Origin: Eledone cirrhosa
Lineage: Eukaryota
Assembly (NCBI GenBank): GCA_964016885.1
Contig: OZ024742.1
Span: 169,756,001 to 169,820,000, forward strand
Direction of reading: 5' to 3'
DNA: 64,000 bases
The notes under the pieces are model-generated. The model was not told the origin of the DNA, searched no databases, and saw only the letters and a list, made by a program, of their open reading frames with translations. Of this stretch, positions 25,615-40,657 are shown one piece after another. The number at the start of each line of letters is the position of its first letter. The stretch's first letter is position 1. The translations under genes and the position numbers were made by a program.

Positions 25615-26429
25615 GTAATTCTGAAGGAGATTCAGTATGACTCAGTTGTGATAAAGCTAACCTTTTGAATTACAGTTTAAGTGGCAGAGCATTCCACAGA
25701 CACGTGTACCTTTAATGTAATTCAGCATGATGTCACAAGGCTGGCTCTTTGTATTACTGGTATGGTTCATCCAACTAGCTTCCAAACAGTTTCTGTCAGC
25801 CTAGTTTCACTTACAAGGCATCGGTTGACCCATGGCTATGGTAAATGACACTTGTCTAAGAGGGTATACGATGGGATAGAACACAGGACCTAATGATTGC
25901 AAAGTGAACCCCTTCACCATGCTGCATCCACACTAACAACAACAATAACTGACAACAAATCATTTTGATACAGAGCTATTTAATTAAATTAAAGAAATTA
26001 CAAATTGAAATTAAAAAGCTGTCAAGGAAAACACCATGTCAGAGTGGACAGATTTTCCAATGCTGGTATGTCTAGAACCCGTTTGATTGAAAGACCCATA
26101 CTATCACAAAGAAAGATGCTACATTGTAGATCTTTGGGAGGTTTTAGCACATGGAATGCGTCCTGGTATTGATAACACATTGGGGCATCCATACATTTTA
26201 AAACCAAACATTTTGAAAATACGTTTGATTGAGTGTGTGGGGGATTTCTTCCACATCTATTCCTCTGTATATTTATATATATATGTAATAAAGAATAGTA
26301 TCTCAAATAGGAAATAACCACAGTCAAATAAGATACTCAATATGTTAGTAGAGAATAAGCATATTTATTTTATATAAATTAGAACTGTTTCATTTGTATA
26401 AAACAGTTCTAGTCATATAGAAGTCATTT

Positions 26430-27235
26430 ATATATTTATATTAGTTTGGGAAGAAAGTTCTCGCTATTTTTCAAATTTTTATTGACTTTGCCATTATTTT
26501 AATATTAGAAAAATCTTACAAGTCAAAATAATCATTTGTGATTACATCTACCATTGTCTAGGGAGGTACATGATTCCATCCCTATACAATTCTCCTGGCT
26601 TCGATGCAAAGAATTCTGTCAATCACTGATTTAAATGGTGTTCATTGGCAAAGGACTTTCACTGCATTGCATTGTTCATTGAGAGAAAAAGGTGATAATC
26701 TGTAGGTGTGAGGTTGGGTGAATACGGTGGGTGGAGCAGAAACTCCCAACCTAGCTCCAGCAGCTTCTCACTCCTTGAAGTATGTGGCCGAGTGATATCA
26801 TGAAGGAATCGAACTTGATTATGTTGTGGGTGCACATATGTGATTTTTGCCACTAAACTGTCAAGTTGTTGGCAATAGGTGTAAGAGGTTATGCTGGTGT
26901 TTGGTGGGAGCAGCTCATAGGGGATGACACCTTTCCAGTCCCACCAGATGCTCAGTCAGGCCTTGCGAGGGTGGAGGCCAGCTTTTGCTTGCTGTTGTGG
27001 TGCACTTTCTTTATCAACCAATGATCGCTTGCACTTGACATTAATGTAGAAACACCATTTTTCATCACCAGTGACAATGGAACATGACCAGCTGGTTGTA
27101 TGATGATAGGAGAGCAGAGAAGTCGCAGCTACCACCCCAGATTTATGATTACTGTCAGTCATATAGTGGGGCACCCATTGCTCCAGCTTGGACACCTTCC
27201 CTATTGCATGCAAGCGATTGAGGATGGTTGTGTAG
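26430..27235 (-). mobile_element. Degenerate mariner (Tc1/mariner) transposase
   Basis: Motifs WVPH, IVTGDEKW, FLHD, HPPYSPNLTPTDYHLF across broken frames. Confidence 0.88.
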
Positions 27236-27449
27236 CCTTAACGTAATTCTCAAGAAGATTCAACGAAACACAGTGTGTGACAAGATTGGCCTTTTGAATT
27301 ACAAGTACAACTTATTTTTGCCAGCCGAGTAGGTTAGAACAACATGAGATAAAATAACTTGCTGAAGGAGAACACACGCAGCTTGGAGTCGAACGCACGA
27401 CCTTAGGATCTTGAGCCGAACACCATAACCATTTAGCCATGCGTCCCCA

Positions 27450-27769
27450 CCGGAAAAGAGAAGAGACGGGTAGTCAATGACAACGGAAGACACAAACATC
27501 TATTCACACAGTTACTACAGAAACGGTGTTTATGGCGGTATTGATGTAAGATCTCGTTTTCATCTCACGATATCTATCATGGCGTCGTCTTGCTATAATT
27601 TGTTTCTTTAGTTAATTTCTTCTACGTTTCTCTCACTTTTCTTTACCAGATGTAGCTTAAATTAGAGAAGAAATTAATGACTATAGACTTTAACTTGTAG
27701 CTTTATTCCTTTTTGTTCTTCTTCCAAGTATAAATCCGTGGAATTTAGATCGGAACATTGTGTACTATA
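27450..27769 (+). promoter_or_regulatory. Putative PDCD7 promoter / 5' UTR
   Basis: Unique CpG-retaining sequence directly upstream of the ATG, with two ATGGCG (YY1-like) and two CGGAA (ETS-like) motifs; inferred from position. Confidence 0.35.
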
Positions 27770-29041
27770 ATGAACATTTCCCCCACCTCATCATCTTACG
27801 GTGATGATACATATTACCAACAACACCAGCAACGTAACCAAGATAACAGACCACAGCTACAACCACCAGTACCGCCACCACAGCGACAACAACAACAGCA
27901 ACAACAATCACATATCACAAATAAGGACAATTTCTCTTCCAGACCCGGTTATGAGAACCAACAACGTACGTTCCGAAATTTTCCTCATGGCGAACAGCAT
28001 CATCGTGTGACTAGATATGACCAGCCAGACGAGAAAGGTTATTATAAAGACCGTAATATCTCCAGTGACTCTAAAAACTATGCCAATTGGCCCCCTTCTT
28101 ACGGCCGAGCTGAGGGGTCGCTGTCACAACGTAATTATTCCGACCGCCCGAGATCTAGGTTTGATCAAGGAAATAATAGTAATGACACGACGAATTTGAT
28201 GCATTCAAAATCTTTTCAGCCACCCTCTAATGATAGTAGTTATCAACCGAATTTCAGCCCAAGCGGTTTCGTATCAGAACGGTTTCCAAATACGAATGTA
28301 CCACCACCACCGTTACACATGCCGCCACAATCACCACAGATCCGATCACAACCACCACCCTCCAGGGAGAAAGCTGCCTTCCATTCTGGTGCAAACTACA
28401 TCCCTCAGGGTGACAACGTTGCAACACGGGAATACTCAGCCAACTTAACCATGCCACCCCTTTTTCCCCGTCTCGACACATCGTGCCCTCCACCTCCACC
28501 ATCCTTGCCGCCTCCACCACTACCACCGCCACCACCACCATCGGTGATGCATCATACCTCCCCTGCTCCAGTTCCCGTTGGTACGTCACCATTACCTCCG
28601 CAATATTTGAAACCTTGTCCAGTACCGTTTTACCCAGAGAGTGGCTCCAGTATACCACTAAACAGCACTTCTGTCCCACCTCCTCTTGCTGCTTGTTATA
28701 TTTCTCGCCCTCCTCCTCCCCTGACCGACACCCTGAACACTGCTAATCAATTATATAAGGATACTACTACTACTACTAATAATAATAATAATTTTAATGC
28801 TGCATCAAACAGTGGGTTTGCTGATGTGACATTAACGACGTCAAATTTCAGTGTACCTCCTCCACTGACACCGGTTTATGGCAGCAGAGTTTTACCAAAA
28901 ACTGACAGTTCTGTGGATTCTCAACATTCAGAAATCGACGATGCTCTACAACAGCAAAGACAGCAAGACAAAGAATGGATTAAGCAAAAGTTTTCATCCA
29001 AACTTCATGACCAACCTTCAAAGAAATCTCCAACTATTACG
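27770..29041 (+). CDS. PDCD7: PDCD7 exon 1 (424 codons, Pro/Gln-rich low-complexity N-terminus)
   Basis: Long ORF from ATG 27770 with donor ACG|gtatgt in phase 0; ends ...QDKEWIKQKF..., which splices in frame to exon 2. The true start could lie in an upstream exon. Confidence 0.8.
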
Positions 29042-30412
29042 GTATGTTCAAATTTTGCCCCCATCGAGCAGACCTATGACCATCAAGGCGTTCTAGTTCT
29101 GGACATATTGGTATATAGTGTATTGGGGACGACATTATTCATGCTCTTTCTCATCTTTTTTATGATTGTAGAATAAGGGAATCATGCTCTTCATCAATCA
29201 ATTAATGAAGAATTTTGAGGGATTTACTAAAATTATTAATTATTTCATTACTAAGATAGTAACTTAATATATGGTTCTGATATAAAATTACGTTGGAAGA
29301 TATTAATTTATATAGGAACCTTTTAAAACAGATGGTTCTGTTTGATAGAACAAGTATCAAAAGGGCTAGAATATTGAAGAAGCCTCCTATAAGATGCAGC
29401 CTCACAGAAGGCCAGATAAACTTAGAAAATGACAACAACAGTGACAATGGTTAACTGATTCTCTTAGAGACATTGATAATATTCACCCACTTGTCATACA
29501 CCCATCAGTTATATTAGATAATTGTTTCTACTTTTGGCACAAGGCCAGCAATTAATCCAGTGCATTACTGGTGCTTTATTTTATCGACCACGTAAGGATG
29601 AAAGGCAAAGTTAACCTCGGCGGGATTTGAACTCAGAACGCAAAGGGCCATAACTCTATGCTGCAAAACATGGTGTCTGACGCTCTACCGATACTGCCAA
29701 AGATAATATGCACCCATCAGTCATATTATTAGATAATATACATCCATCAGTTATATTAATGTTTGTTGTTATGACTCATACCTGCACAGGTTATTCTGGC
29801 CTCCTATAAAGTTGTATCTCGTCAGAGGTTTCTTGGATATTTTACTTATGATGCCATTTTTTTTTTTTGTGGGGATGGGTGGGGGGGGGGGGTGATAGGA
29901 GGTTTATTGGAACTCAGAATTAACAGAGCCAAAACAGATACTGCAAAGCATCTTGTCTGATGTTTTAACAATTTCACTGTCCTGATTAAGTTAAAGTCTG
30001 TCACAACCTGGGGCCTCATCAGACTGAAGCTTAACCTGGTTTCCTTGGTGTTAAGCGACTGAGAGTATAAGACTCCTCTATGGACAAGACACCAGTCCAT
30101 TGCAGGGTTAACTACTGTTGGTGGTACACATCTTCAGTTGAGTGAACTTGAGCAATGTGAAATAAAGTTGTTTTGCTCAAGAACACAACACGCCACTTGG
30201 TTGGGGAATCAAACCCACTGCATTATTATTGTGAGTCCAACACTCTAACTACTGTAAAAATGAAAAGCAAAGTTGATGTTAACTGGATTTGAACTCAGTG
30301 CAGAGACTCTGCATAAGTGAAAATGACTTGTGAAGTGATGTTATAAAATGCCACTCTCCCCTTGTCCCTCATAATAAAACTAGGTTTTAACTTCTGACTT
30401 ATTATTATTCAG

Positions 30413-30556
30413 ATCTGGGAGTCACAGAACCTTATCCGTAAAATACTGGTGCATGCTGGACAGCTTCACAAACTGAAGAAAACCCTGGAAAACATCCATG
30501 AAGTGGCCACCGAAGAGGAGTGGTTGGCTGAAATTAGAAAAATAGATGCAGTGAAG
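30413..30556 (+). CDS. PDCD7: PDCD7 exon 2
   Basis: ttcag|ATC...AAG|gtaata; IWESQNLIRKILVHAGQLHKLKK...DAVK. Confidence 0.85.
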
Positions 30557-30559
30557 GTA

Positions 30560-30880
30560 ATATATTTTGTTGTTATTGTTGGACATTTGCCAACATTTTA
30601 TGTTGTTGTTACACATCTGTCACCATATTTTATGTTGTTACATATCTGTCAACATTTTGTTGTTGTTCATCTGTCAACATATTTTGTTCATCTGTTAACA
30701 TTTTATATTGTTGTAGGACATCTATTAACATATGTTATGCTATTGTTGTTGTTGGACATCTGCCAACATATTTTATGTTGTTGGACATCTGGCAACATAT
30801 TTTATGTTGTAGGACATCTGTTAACATATTTTATGTGGTTATTGGACATGTCAACATTTTATATTAATGTAGGACACAGT
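30560..30880. repeat. Degenerate ~30-bp minisatellite (ttgttggacatctgtcaacatattttatg)
   Basis: Direct reading, at the start of intron 2. Confidence 0.7.
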
Positions 30881-32594
30881 TTCGATGATTTTTTCCAGTT
30901 GTTGAATAACAGAACAGCCTACTCATGAAACTAATGTGCAGGTGGCTGAGCATTGCACAATCACGTGTACCCATTATGTAATAAAAAATTTGAATCTCTC
31001 TGAGAATTACATTAAGAGTACACATGTCTGTGGAATGCTCAACCACTTTCACTTTAATTTCATGAGCAGGCTGTTGTTGATTGAACAAGTGGAACATTCA
31101 TTGTGGAAACCGATGAAGGTCCATCATATTTTTCTCATAAATATTGCTAAATCTCTCTAAAAAAAAAACTTAACATCAAGTGAGCTTCGTTGCTTCTCTG
31201 TTAGAGATTTAAGTCAGAATTAAAGAATGATTCACTATATTGACACCATCTGAATTTTACATCTATTTTTCTATCATTGTATGGGTTGGACGGGTCTTCT
31301 CCAGCTCAGCATCTTGCTACATATGACGGTCCTTTGTCATATTTCCTTTGTGAGGTTCAGCATCCTTTGATCAGTCTAAAGTCTGTCTCAAGCCTGAAGT
31401 CTCATGAGGCAGGTGTTTATCCTGGTTTCTTTTTTGCTCATGAACACAACACATAACCTGATCCAGGATTCAAAACTACAACATTATGATCCAGGATTCA
31501 AAACCACAACAATTAGACCTTTGTGTTCTTGAGCAAAACAACTTCATTTCACGTTACTCAAGTCCACTCAGCTGAAAATGGGTACCACCAACAGTGGTTA
31601 ACCCTGCAATGGACTGGTGTCTTGTCCAGGGGTCTTGTATTCTCAGTTGCTTAGCACGAAGGAAACCAAGTTAAGATCCGTCCCAGGCAGGTGACAGACT
31701 TTAACTTAATCAGGATAGTGAATTGGTGAAATTGTTTGAACATCAGACAAGATGCCTTGCAGTATCTGTTTTGGCTCTGTGCATTCTGAGTTCAAATCAA
31801 ACTTCCTATCACTGACGCCCCCTATACACACACACACAAAAAAAAAACGTGTTAGTATAAGACTGGGACCTCTATCAGCCTGTATTATATTTTTTCCATT
31901 TTCCTCAGTCTTTTTTGTATCAAGTTAAAGTGGGCAGGTTGTAAATGATGTAATGTAAAGAGATGTGTGATTGTGACTATGAGAGTTTTATAGTGTTTCA
32001 TGCCCATGCTCTTTATTTATATTTTGACAAAAAAACTGATAAATGTAAACAGAGGAAACGAATGCATCTGTTTGCCTAAAATAGAGTTATGTATTTTGTC
32101 AAATATTGGATTTGAAAGTACATTCAAATCTTCTGACAATTCACTGAAATCACAAGATTAACAATAAGAGAATCATGACAAATTGATGGATGAAGTAAAA
32201 TTGTAAACTACAGAATGTGTGTATGAAGATGTATTGTATGAAAGAGCAAGATCGTTGGATAACATCCATGAGCTTGGCTGGTCTCTCTTGGGGATCCAGC
32301 TGGCTCAATTGGAGATGGTTGCTTCTGATATGACTCACTGGAAGGAGTGTGTGAGGACTCTGCCCTCACGACCCTCTCAAAAATACGTGGGAAATGATGA
32401 TTTGAATTCTAAACATAAAGGGAGAAAACTCATTACTGTGAGACATTTAATTCAGCCTATTTACCATTTAACACTACCTGTTTTGTTTGTTGAACTTCTG
32501 TTGTCTGCACAACAAGCTAAAGCAGGGGTTAGCCTTGAAGACCTCATAACAAACTTTCTCCTATCATCTGCATCTCACCTCACCAACCCCTGGC

Positions 32595-33760
32595 TTTCAT
32601 TTCATCCTCTTTAACCATGTCTTTCTTGGTCTTCCCCTTCCTTTACTTCTTTCCACATTTATTTCCATCACTTCTCTCATCCACTCACTTTCATCTTTCC
32701 TAAACACATTTCCCAACCACACCATTCCATTTCTCTTCATTACATTTATCATTTGTTCTATTCCCATCGTCCTCTGCAAATCATTGTTTGACTTCCTTTT
32801 TCTCGGCAATACTCCACATTCATTCCCCATAAATAATTCATCATCATCATCCACTTTAGCAACGTTGCTGGATCATGGCCTTTGTAAATTGATGCATTCT
32901 CTTCAGCTATCCCTTTTCAAAACACCCTCCTGTGTCAATCCCTTTCTTGGCAGATCTTTTATGTTATTGTTTCAATGTTTTCTGGGCATTCCAACAGGTC
33001 TTCTGCCATTTATCTCCATTTTCCATGCTTGCTTGGCAAAGTTGTTTTCACTCACCCTAACAATATGTTCAAACCACCTTGATCACGGTACATTAATCTT
33101 CTCGGTTATAGGGTCGACATCTATTTCTTTTCTGATATTTTCACCTCAAGAAACTCCTTTTATTCCCTGAAGCATTCTCATTTTGGGGCTTCCAAAATAT
33201 TTTCCTCCTTTGTTAATTAAAGTCCATGTTTCAGATTTGTAGGTTAGACCTGGTCGTATGATTGTTTTGTTTAGTTTAGGTTTGAATTTCTTTGGCATTT
33301 TTTTGTCATAAATAACCCCACTCATTTCTTTCTATTTCAACTATGCTGCATTTACACAACTCCTCACTACCATCTCTGATTCTCCATCTTCACTTAACAT
33401 CACCCCAAGGTATTTGAAACCATCAACCTATTGTAATATGATGTTATTGCTGTCAACCACAGTCATTTCATAAATGATTGCTCCCATAAATCATGGCACT
33501 TCTCACAAATGTAGCATTCACCTTTCGCTTCAGTTTCAGTGACATTGCCTTCCTCATTACCACATCACTCAGTTCCCAGAACTTCTTCCATGAACATCCT
33601 ACTCTAGATACTGTTGCAAAGTCTGACTTATCCTGTCCATTTAACATGTCTTCAAGGAACAAAACGTTTTCATGCTGCCCACCTTCATAACATTTCCAAG
33701 GTCCAGCTCAACATCTCTGGTTATAGTCCCTCTATACATACTTTACACTTAGATGCAATT
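32595..33760 (-). mobile_element. Old RTE-like LINE fragments
   Basis: GRGRPRKTW, FKYLGVML, WKKFWELS..VRSAMIYGS in broken frames. Confidence 0.7.
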
Positions 33761-35769
33761 CCCACATTAATTATCAATCCCTTCATACCTCTACATTTTC
33801 AATGTGTATCTGGTTTAGGATAGCTACACGATATCTTTCTCTGTTGTAAGAAACAACTAAAAGAGTTGGCATAAGGAAGGTCATCCAGACATAAAACTAG
33901 TCTGGTCTCTTCCCATCCTCATTGCTGAGGATTGAGGACCACGAACCATGGACAATAGCACAAGGCTAATCTATATGATGCCATATGTCCATAATTCTCA
34001 TTGTGAAAAAGTGGCATCACTGGGTCTCAAATCCTCGTCTACCTTCATCATAAGATTGAAGCTGTTGGCCACATAGAAGATTGTCACCAAGAGGACTAAG
34101 GAATCCCATCTACTCCAGTTTTGAATTCAGAGTGATCCTTCTCCTAGATAGACTGCCAACAAAGCTTAACATGTTCTGTCTACCCTTTTTTTTTTTACAC
34201 ATTATTGGATGGTCATTGACTCTCCTGAGTTCCTCTGCACTTTGATGGGTTTTGTTTTTCATGCCACATGTCCAAAACCCACCCTCCTCACTAAGCAAGC
34301 TTAGTGGAGTTGTCTGTTTATTTGCTGAACACCTGACCATGTGACAGGTTTTACTGGGTTACATATTACCAGTAGCACTCAAGAGTGACCTGACATTAGC
34401 TATAAAATAATAAAACATATTGTTATATTTATCATGAGGTCTTTTTTTAGCCATAAAAATGATGCCTCAAAAAAGACCTCATGAGGAATATAATAACATA
34501 TTCTTCCATGCTGCCTAATATTCTAAGATTTGATTTCTTCACAGCCTACAAGTCCTTTTTAGAGTAATTCTCATCTACTGGAGATATGGCCAGTATGAAC
34601 GATAGACTTACACAAGCTGGAAGTATTTTTTTATATTTGCCGGCACTGAATCTTCCATTTTTGTGTGTTGGGTTCTGTGTCCAACTCCTAAGTTCTTTCA
34701 TTATCATCAACTCCTGCTCAAATGGTATCAGGAATCTGTGTAAGGTTGGTTCTACACTCTATCATCTATGAAGTGAACTGATTTATGATATAGTTGCATG
34801 AGAACCCCGTCAAGAGGTGGAGAGCTGAAAGTGTGGATTAATACGATAGAATCAGATTTTTACTTCATATTTTTTCCTTACTTTTATAATGTCTGCCAAT
34901 ATAATTTTAAATGAACGACAATCTCTGCATTTGACATCTGTCATTGCTGTGCATGGTTAACCCCTGTGTGGATTCACAGGCTGTAACCAACTCAAATCAT
35001 TGCAGGTGAATGTTGACACAAATAGAAGTATGCAATTAATTCTAAAACTCATGCATCACTTGTATTTCCTTTGTCATTTGGTTCACAGCACTTTCACATA
35101 CATCTCTACATGAGGTAAACTTTGCATTTCATTCTTCCATCATCATCATTATCCAGAAATTCGCCAATACTACACCTGATATTCCCCCTCCATACTCATT
35201 CATGCACGTGTGTGTGTGTCTGTGTGTATATTTCCTGACATTTGTATATTATTCTATGTACTATACATGCACCTTTGAACACTGTACACAATAATTTTCA
35301 TTATATATATCTACATCATTGTGTAACATCTGTTTTTCATGTTTACATCAGTTAGATGGGCTGTCACATTGTGGGTGACTGTGTCTTGCTCATACAGAAC
35401 TGTTTTGGGCTTGGTTTCTATACTTTCATACCCTTTCTAACGCCAACCATATTACAGCATAGACTGGGTGCTTTTTATTGTGGCACTAAAATGACCAACT
35501 GACTGAGTGGGCTGGATGCTTTTTGTCATATCACCAGCACGACCACCTTACAGGGTCAATAAAATAAAGTACCAGTCATATACTGGGATTGAAGGTTTAT
35601 GTCCTGAGCTCAAATCTCATTAATATCAACTTTTCATTTTTCTAGGGTCAGTAAAATAAAGCCCCAGTGTTTATGCCAGAATATGAAAATGATGTCGGTA
35701 TCAATCATCAGAACCCAACAAACGACAAAAACAGAATTGCTGAAAAATATTTGTGATTTTTTTTTTCAG

Positions 35770-35859
35770 GTGACATTGGAAGAATTACGTCAGAAGATCA
35801 TTGATAAAGATTTGATAGAAGAACTTGAGAAGAAGGTGAAAGCAAGACAAAAGAAAAGG
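35770..35859 (+). CDS. PDCD7: PDCD7 exon 3
   Basis: tttcag|GTG...AGG|gtaagt; VTLEELRQKIIDKDLIEELEKKVKARQKKR. Confidence 0.88.
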
Positions 35860-36779
35860 GTAAGTTTACTGATGGTTTTTTTTCTGTTAACTGGTGTTGT
35901 AACTGTCTACCTTGGTTATCAAACTGACAATTTTTCTGTTAATGCTCTGATTTTCATGGGAGATAGCCCCACTTTCAGACACAATAATGCTAAAATTCAA
36001 AGTTTCTTAGAACATTATTATTCTTATTTGGCATAATTGTTAGTGTGTCGGACAAAATGATTTGAGGTATTTATTCCAGCTCTTTATGTTCTGAGTTCTA
36101 CTTAGCCTTTCATTGTTCCAGGATCGTTAAAATAAAGTACCAGTAAATTTCCTTGATTTACCCTTCTTCAAAATTGCTGGCCTTGTACCTAAATTAGAAA
36201 TTATTATTATGCTAAAAAGAATTATTAAAATGTTGGAATAAACACCCACATTACTTGCATTTCATTTCTACATTTCAGAGTTCAAACCCTGCTAGCGTTG
36301 ATGTTTCATTTTATCCTCCTGGGGATTGGGTCATAGAAATGTATACCAGCAATATACTTAGGTTTATTCAGTTGACTATGTATTTACTCCTCCCATACAC
36401 ATAGAAAATCATATTATCACTATTATTAGTGATAATATGATTTCTTTTGTGTATGGGAGATTGGCAGTATTGGTAGAGCATCAGACACTATGCTTTGCAG
36501 CATAGACATATGGCCCTTTGTGTTCTGAGTTCAAATCCTGCTATGGTTAGCTTTGCCTGTCATCCATGCGGGGTCGATGAAATAAGGCACCAGTAATGCA
36601 CTGGGGTCAATTTAATTGACTTTCCCCTCTCCCCAAATTACTGGCCTTTTGCCTATAGTAGAAATCATTATTAGTGGAAAAACACTAAATAAAATGCTTT
36701 GTGAGATTTTGTTATACTCTTTTAACGTTGTCTGTTCTAATCTCATTAAAGGTTGCCTTAATTTATCTGGGGAACTACA

Positions 36780-37196
36780 AAACAGCACTGTGACAACATC
36801 ACATTGAATATTAAAGTCTTTTATTTTAGTTTACTGCAAATTTTCACAACCTGTCCACCAGGAAAGATACTATAAACATTTGAATTAACAAACCACATAA
36901 AACCATATTAGCAAGACATTCTTGAAAAGTATAAAACAGCACACTGACTGCATCATATTAAATATTAAAGTCTTTACTCTAATGCTGTAAATTTTCAGGA
37001 CACTCTGTCCACCAGTAAAGATACTGTAAGCATTTGAATTAACAAACCACATAAAACCACATTAATAACACATTCTTGAAAAATATAGCACTATGATTGC
37101 ATCACATTAAAATTTAGTCCTCAGTTTTATACTGCACATTTTCACAATGATCTGTCCACCAGTAAAGATACTATAAACATTTGAATTAATAAACCC
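36780..37196. repeat. ~150-bp unit x3, diverged tandem repeat
   Basis: ctgtccaccag.aaagatact.taa.catttgaattaa.aaacc at ~36850, ~37005 and ~37152. Confidence 0.75.
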
Positions 37197-38054
37197 TGTT
37201 TTTAGACATTTTCTGCTAAATCATTACAGGATGTTAAGAGTTTAAAAACAACAACAAAAATATCTCTATTTTCTGTTATATCTGAAACTTTAACTGAATT
37301 CCTATTTGGTTGCAGTATGTATGGTTCAAGCTTCCCTGGTGTGACCTGGTGGAAATATATATGGTGTACCATTAGCAAGTCTATAGTCCATTTTGACTGA
37401 CCAGTGTAGGCAGTTACACCACTTGGCTGTTTCATCTTAGTGCCTTAAAAAAAAACAACAACAAAAATCACAAAATTTATATCCTTTGTTTCAAACAAAA
37501 ATTATTTATTACCACTCTGGCCAATATCAAAAGTTTATCAAAGAATGAGCTTCGAAACTAATATATCCTTTTTGTGTGAATATCCTTTATATTAATACAC
37601 AATTTGTGTGAGTGTGTGTTGGGGATGAAATATATTTTATTTTTTAGGTTCAAACAATTATGTATTTCTTGTAACTATTGTCCTATCCCAGTGAACGCAG
37701 CATGGCTGAATAATTAAGGAGTTAGCTTCATAATCGTTAGGTCCCAGGTTTAATCCCACTGTGTGGTATCTTCGGCATGTGACATTTGCCATAGCTTCCT
37801 GTCAACTCATGAAATTGGGTAGACAAACTGTTTGGAAGCCCATGGGATGGACTATAATTGTAATTCAAAGGGTCAATCTTGTCACACACTGTCATGCTAA
37901 ATCTCCCTGGGAATTACATTAAGGTAACATGTCTTTAGAAAGGTCAACCACTTAGACCTTTGTTTTATGCGCAGGCTGTCCCGTTGATTGAACAACTGGA
38001 ACACTTATTGACGGAGCCCATTTCCCAGTTCCTGTCCCTATCAATCCCTTTTTG

Positions 38055-38362
38055 GTGGATATCATGTGATAACATGGTGACAGGATGTTGTTATCCTCCA
38101 CAATGTGTGATAACAACATATTAACACAATATTGGTGGATATCATGTGATAACATGGGGACAGGATGTTGTTATCCTCCATATCAACATGTGATAACATG
38201 ATATTACCACAATATTGGTGAATATCATGTGACATGATGTTGTTATCCTCCACATCGTGTGATAACAGCATGATATTAACACAATATTGGTGAATACCAT
38301 GTGATAACATGGGGACAGGATGTTGTTACCCTCCACATCAACATGTGTGATAACAACATGGT
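38055..38362. repeat. ~80-bp unit tandem repeat
   Basis: tggtggatatcatgtgataacatgg.gacaggatgttgttatcctccac repeated about 4 times. Confidence 0.75.
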
Positions 38363-40657
38363 AATGTTAACACATTGATATGTTATATAGCATGTGTTGA
38401 CATGATATTGTTTATAGTTGATATCATGCTGTTATAACATTTGTTAATATCTTTTATGCTTTCTGTTGATATTGGTTGCAGGACTTGTTAATATTGTTAT
38501 AGTGCAAGAGTCTTAAATATGCAGCTTGCAAACCACTTTTCTATAGCAGCAGCAGAATAATATTTGTGATTAATATTTTCCTAAAACTTAGTAATTTTTT
38601 TTTGAGAGCCAATATAATTATTCTGGAACTATTTAGATCAGGGATCACCAAACACGTGGCTCGCAAACTATTTTTCTGTCCTACAGCAAAATAATTTTCA
38701 TGACTAATATTTTCTTAAAACTAAGTAATTTTTCCCTGTTTTGATAATATTTATAGTACAATTTATTAAGATTTACATATGGAATACAATGGAAAAAATG
38801 GCATTTATCAAAAGTGAATATGGAAAGATGGGGATTTACCAAAAGTAAAAACAGAATTAAAGAAAATTTGAAATGGAAAATTTGTCCCCTTATATTTTGT
38901 ACTAATTCACATATCCCACTTACTATCAAATGCGTATTCATTTTGATGAGAAATAAATAATAAATAGCAGCCTATCAGCTGTATTGTAGATTAGCATTAT
39001 AACTGGTGGATATCACACGATCACCCCTCATCTCACTTTTGACTAGCTGTGCTTCTCCCCAGACCATAATGGCCCTTTTCAGTCCTTGACTTTGAGACCA
39101 CTGTTATAGTGCATATTGATATTACAATGCCAATATTATTGTCACTACATCTGATATCACATTGTAATAATGATAGTTACAGCTTTTGATGATGTCAAAT
39201 TGGCACAGTACATGTTGATATTACATTTTTATAGCATGATTTGATATCACATTGTTATAGCATATTGGTATTTTCCTGTTATACCACATGTCTATATCAT
39301 GTTGTTACTCCACATGTCAATATCACATTGTTATAACACATAGTAGCATAGGCAACAAATTGGCTGAGTCGTTAGCTGTCGGATAGAATTCTTTGTGGTA
39401 TTCATTCTGGCTCCCTGCACTCTTGAGTTCAAATCCCTTGAACGTCAACTTTGCCTTTCATCCTTTCAAAGTTGATGAAAAAGTACCAGTCCAGTAGTGG
39501 AGTTGATTCTTTTTCTATATCTCTTTCTTACTTCTTTTCTCTATCACTCTCTCTCCTTCTCTGGAAGAAAACTGCTGTGTTCAGATCTAGAGAGGGGGTA
39601 AACTTCACCAAGTTTAAAAAATGTCCAAGAAATGCCATATGTCACTTCAGCGCCCCAACGATTTCAGGAGTTATGGGTTCATACATACATACATAGCACA
39701 TAGCAATATTGCACTGTTTAGCATGTGTCGATACTATACTGTTGTAGTATGTGTTGATATTGCATTGTTATAGCATGTATGGATATGATACTGTTATTGC
39801 TCATGTGGATATGTATTGATATCATAATAGCTATATATTTTGACAAAGGATCAACTATTATTCTATCTGGCTCCGAAAGTTTCACTCCGAAAGTTTCACT
39901 CCGAAAGTTTCCTCCAATAACAATACCAAGTTTGATGGTAGTATACTATTTGTTACCTGAATATCTTTGTGTTTGTTGGAGAATAGTTAGGTATGGGTTT
40001 TACCTTTCCGTTATATATAAATTTGTTAGATTTATCATTTTTTAAAGTTGAGAAGGTGGTGGATTGGCAGTATTGGTAGAGCATCAGACAACAAGCTTTG
40101 TGGCATGTAGTTATGACCTTTTATGTTCTGATTTCAAATCCTGCCAAGGTTAGCTTTGCTTTTCATTTTTACAGGGTCATTAAAATAAACTATCAGTAAT
40201 GCCCTGGAGCCGATTTAATAGACTTTACCATTCTCTTCAAATTGCTGGTCTTGTGCCAAAAGTAGAAATAATTATTTTTTAATGTTGCATTTAATGTTCA
40301 AGTTATAGTTATTCTCACTGGCTGAATATATCGGCAAACAAACCAGTTAGTTACAGGTTCAAATTCTATGACAGCCTCCCTTCTGTATACACACAACTTT
40401 TACATTACATCAATTATATGTTATTTGTTTGTTTTAGTTGGTTTTGTTTATTTATCTGTATTTTATCATCATTTTAATCTTTTTTTCTTCTTTAGCATGC
40501 AAAAATATGTACACATATCTACATACATATACTTACATACACATATGTCTACATATACCTACATACATATACTTGCACACATACACTTACATAAATACAT
40601 ATTTACATACAGATGTACCTACATATGTTTACCTATGTATTTATATATATACATATC

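Noticed and set aside
29042-29176. Hydrophobic C-terminal tail (apparent TM helix) of the 472-aa ORF
   Set aside because: Read-through into intron 1 past the ACG|gtatgt donor; the spliced product continues into conserved PDCD7 exons
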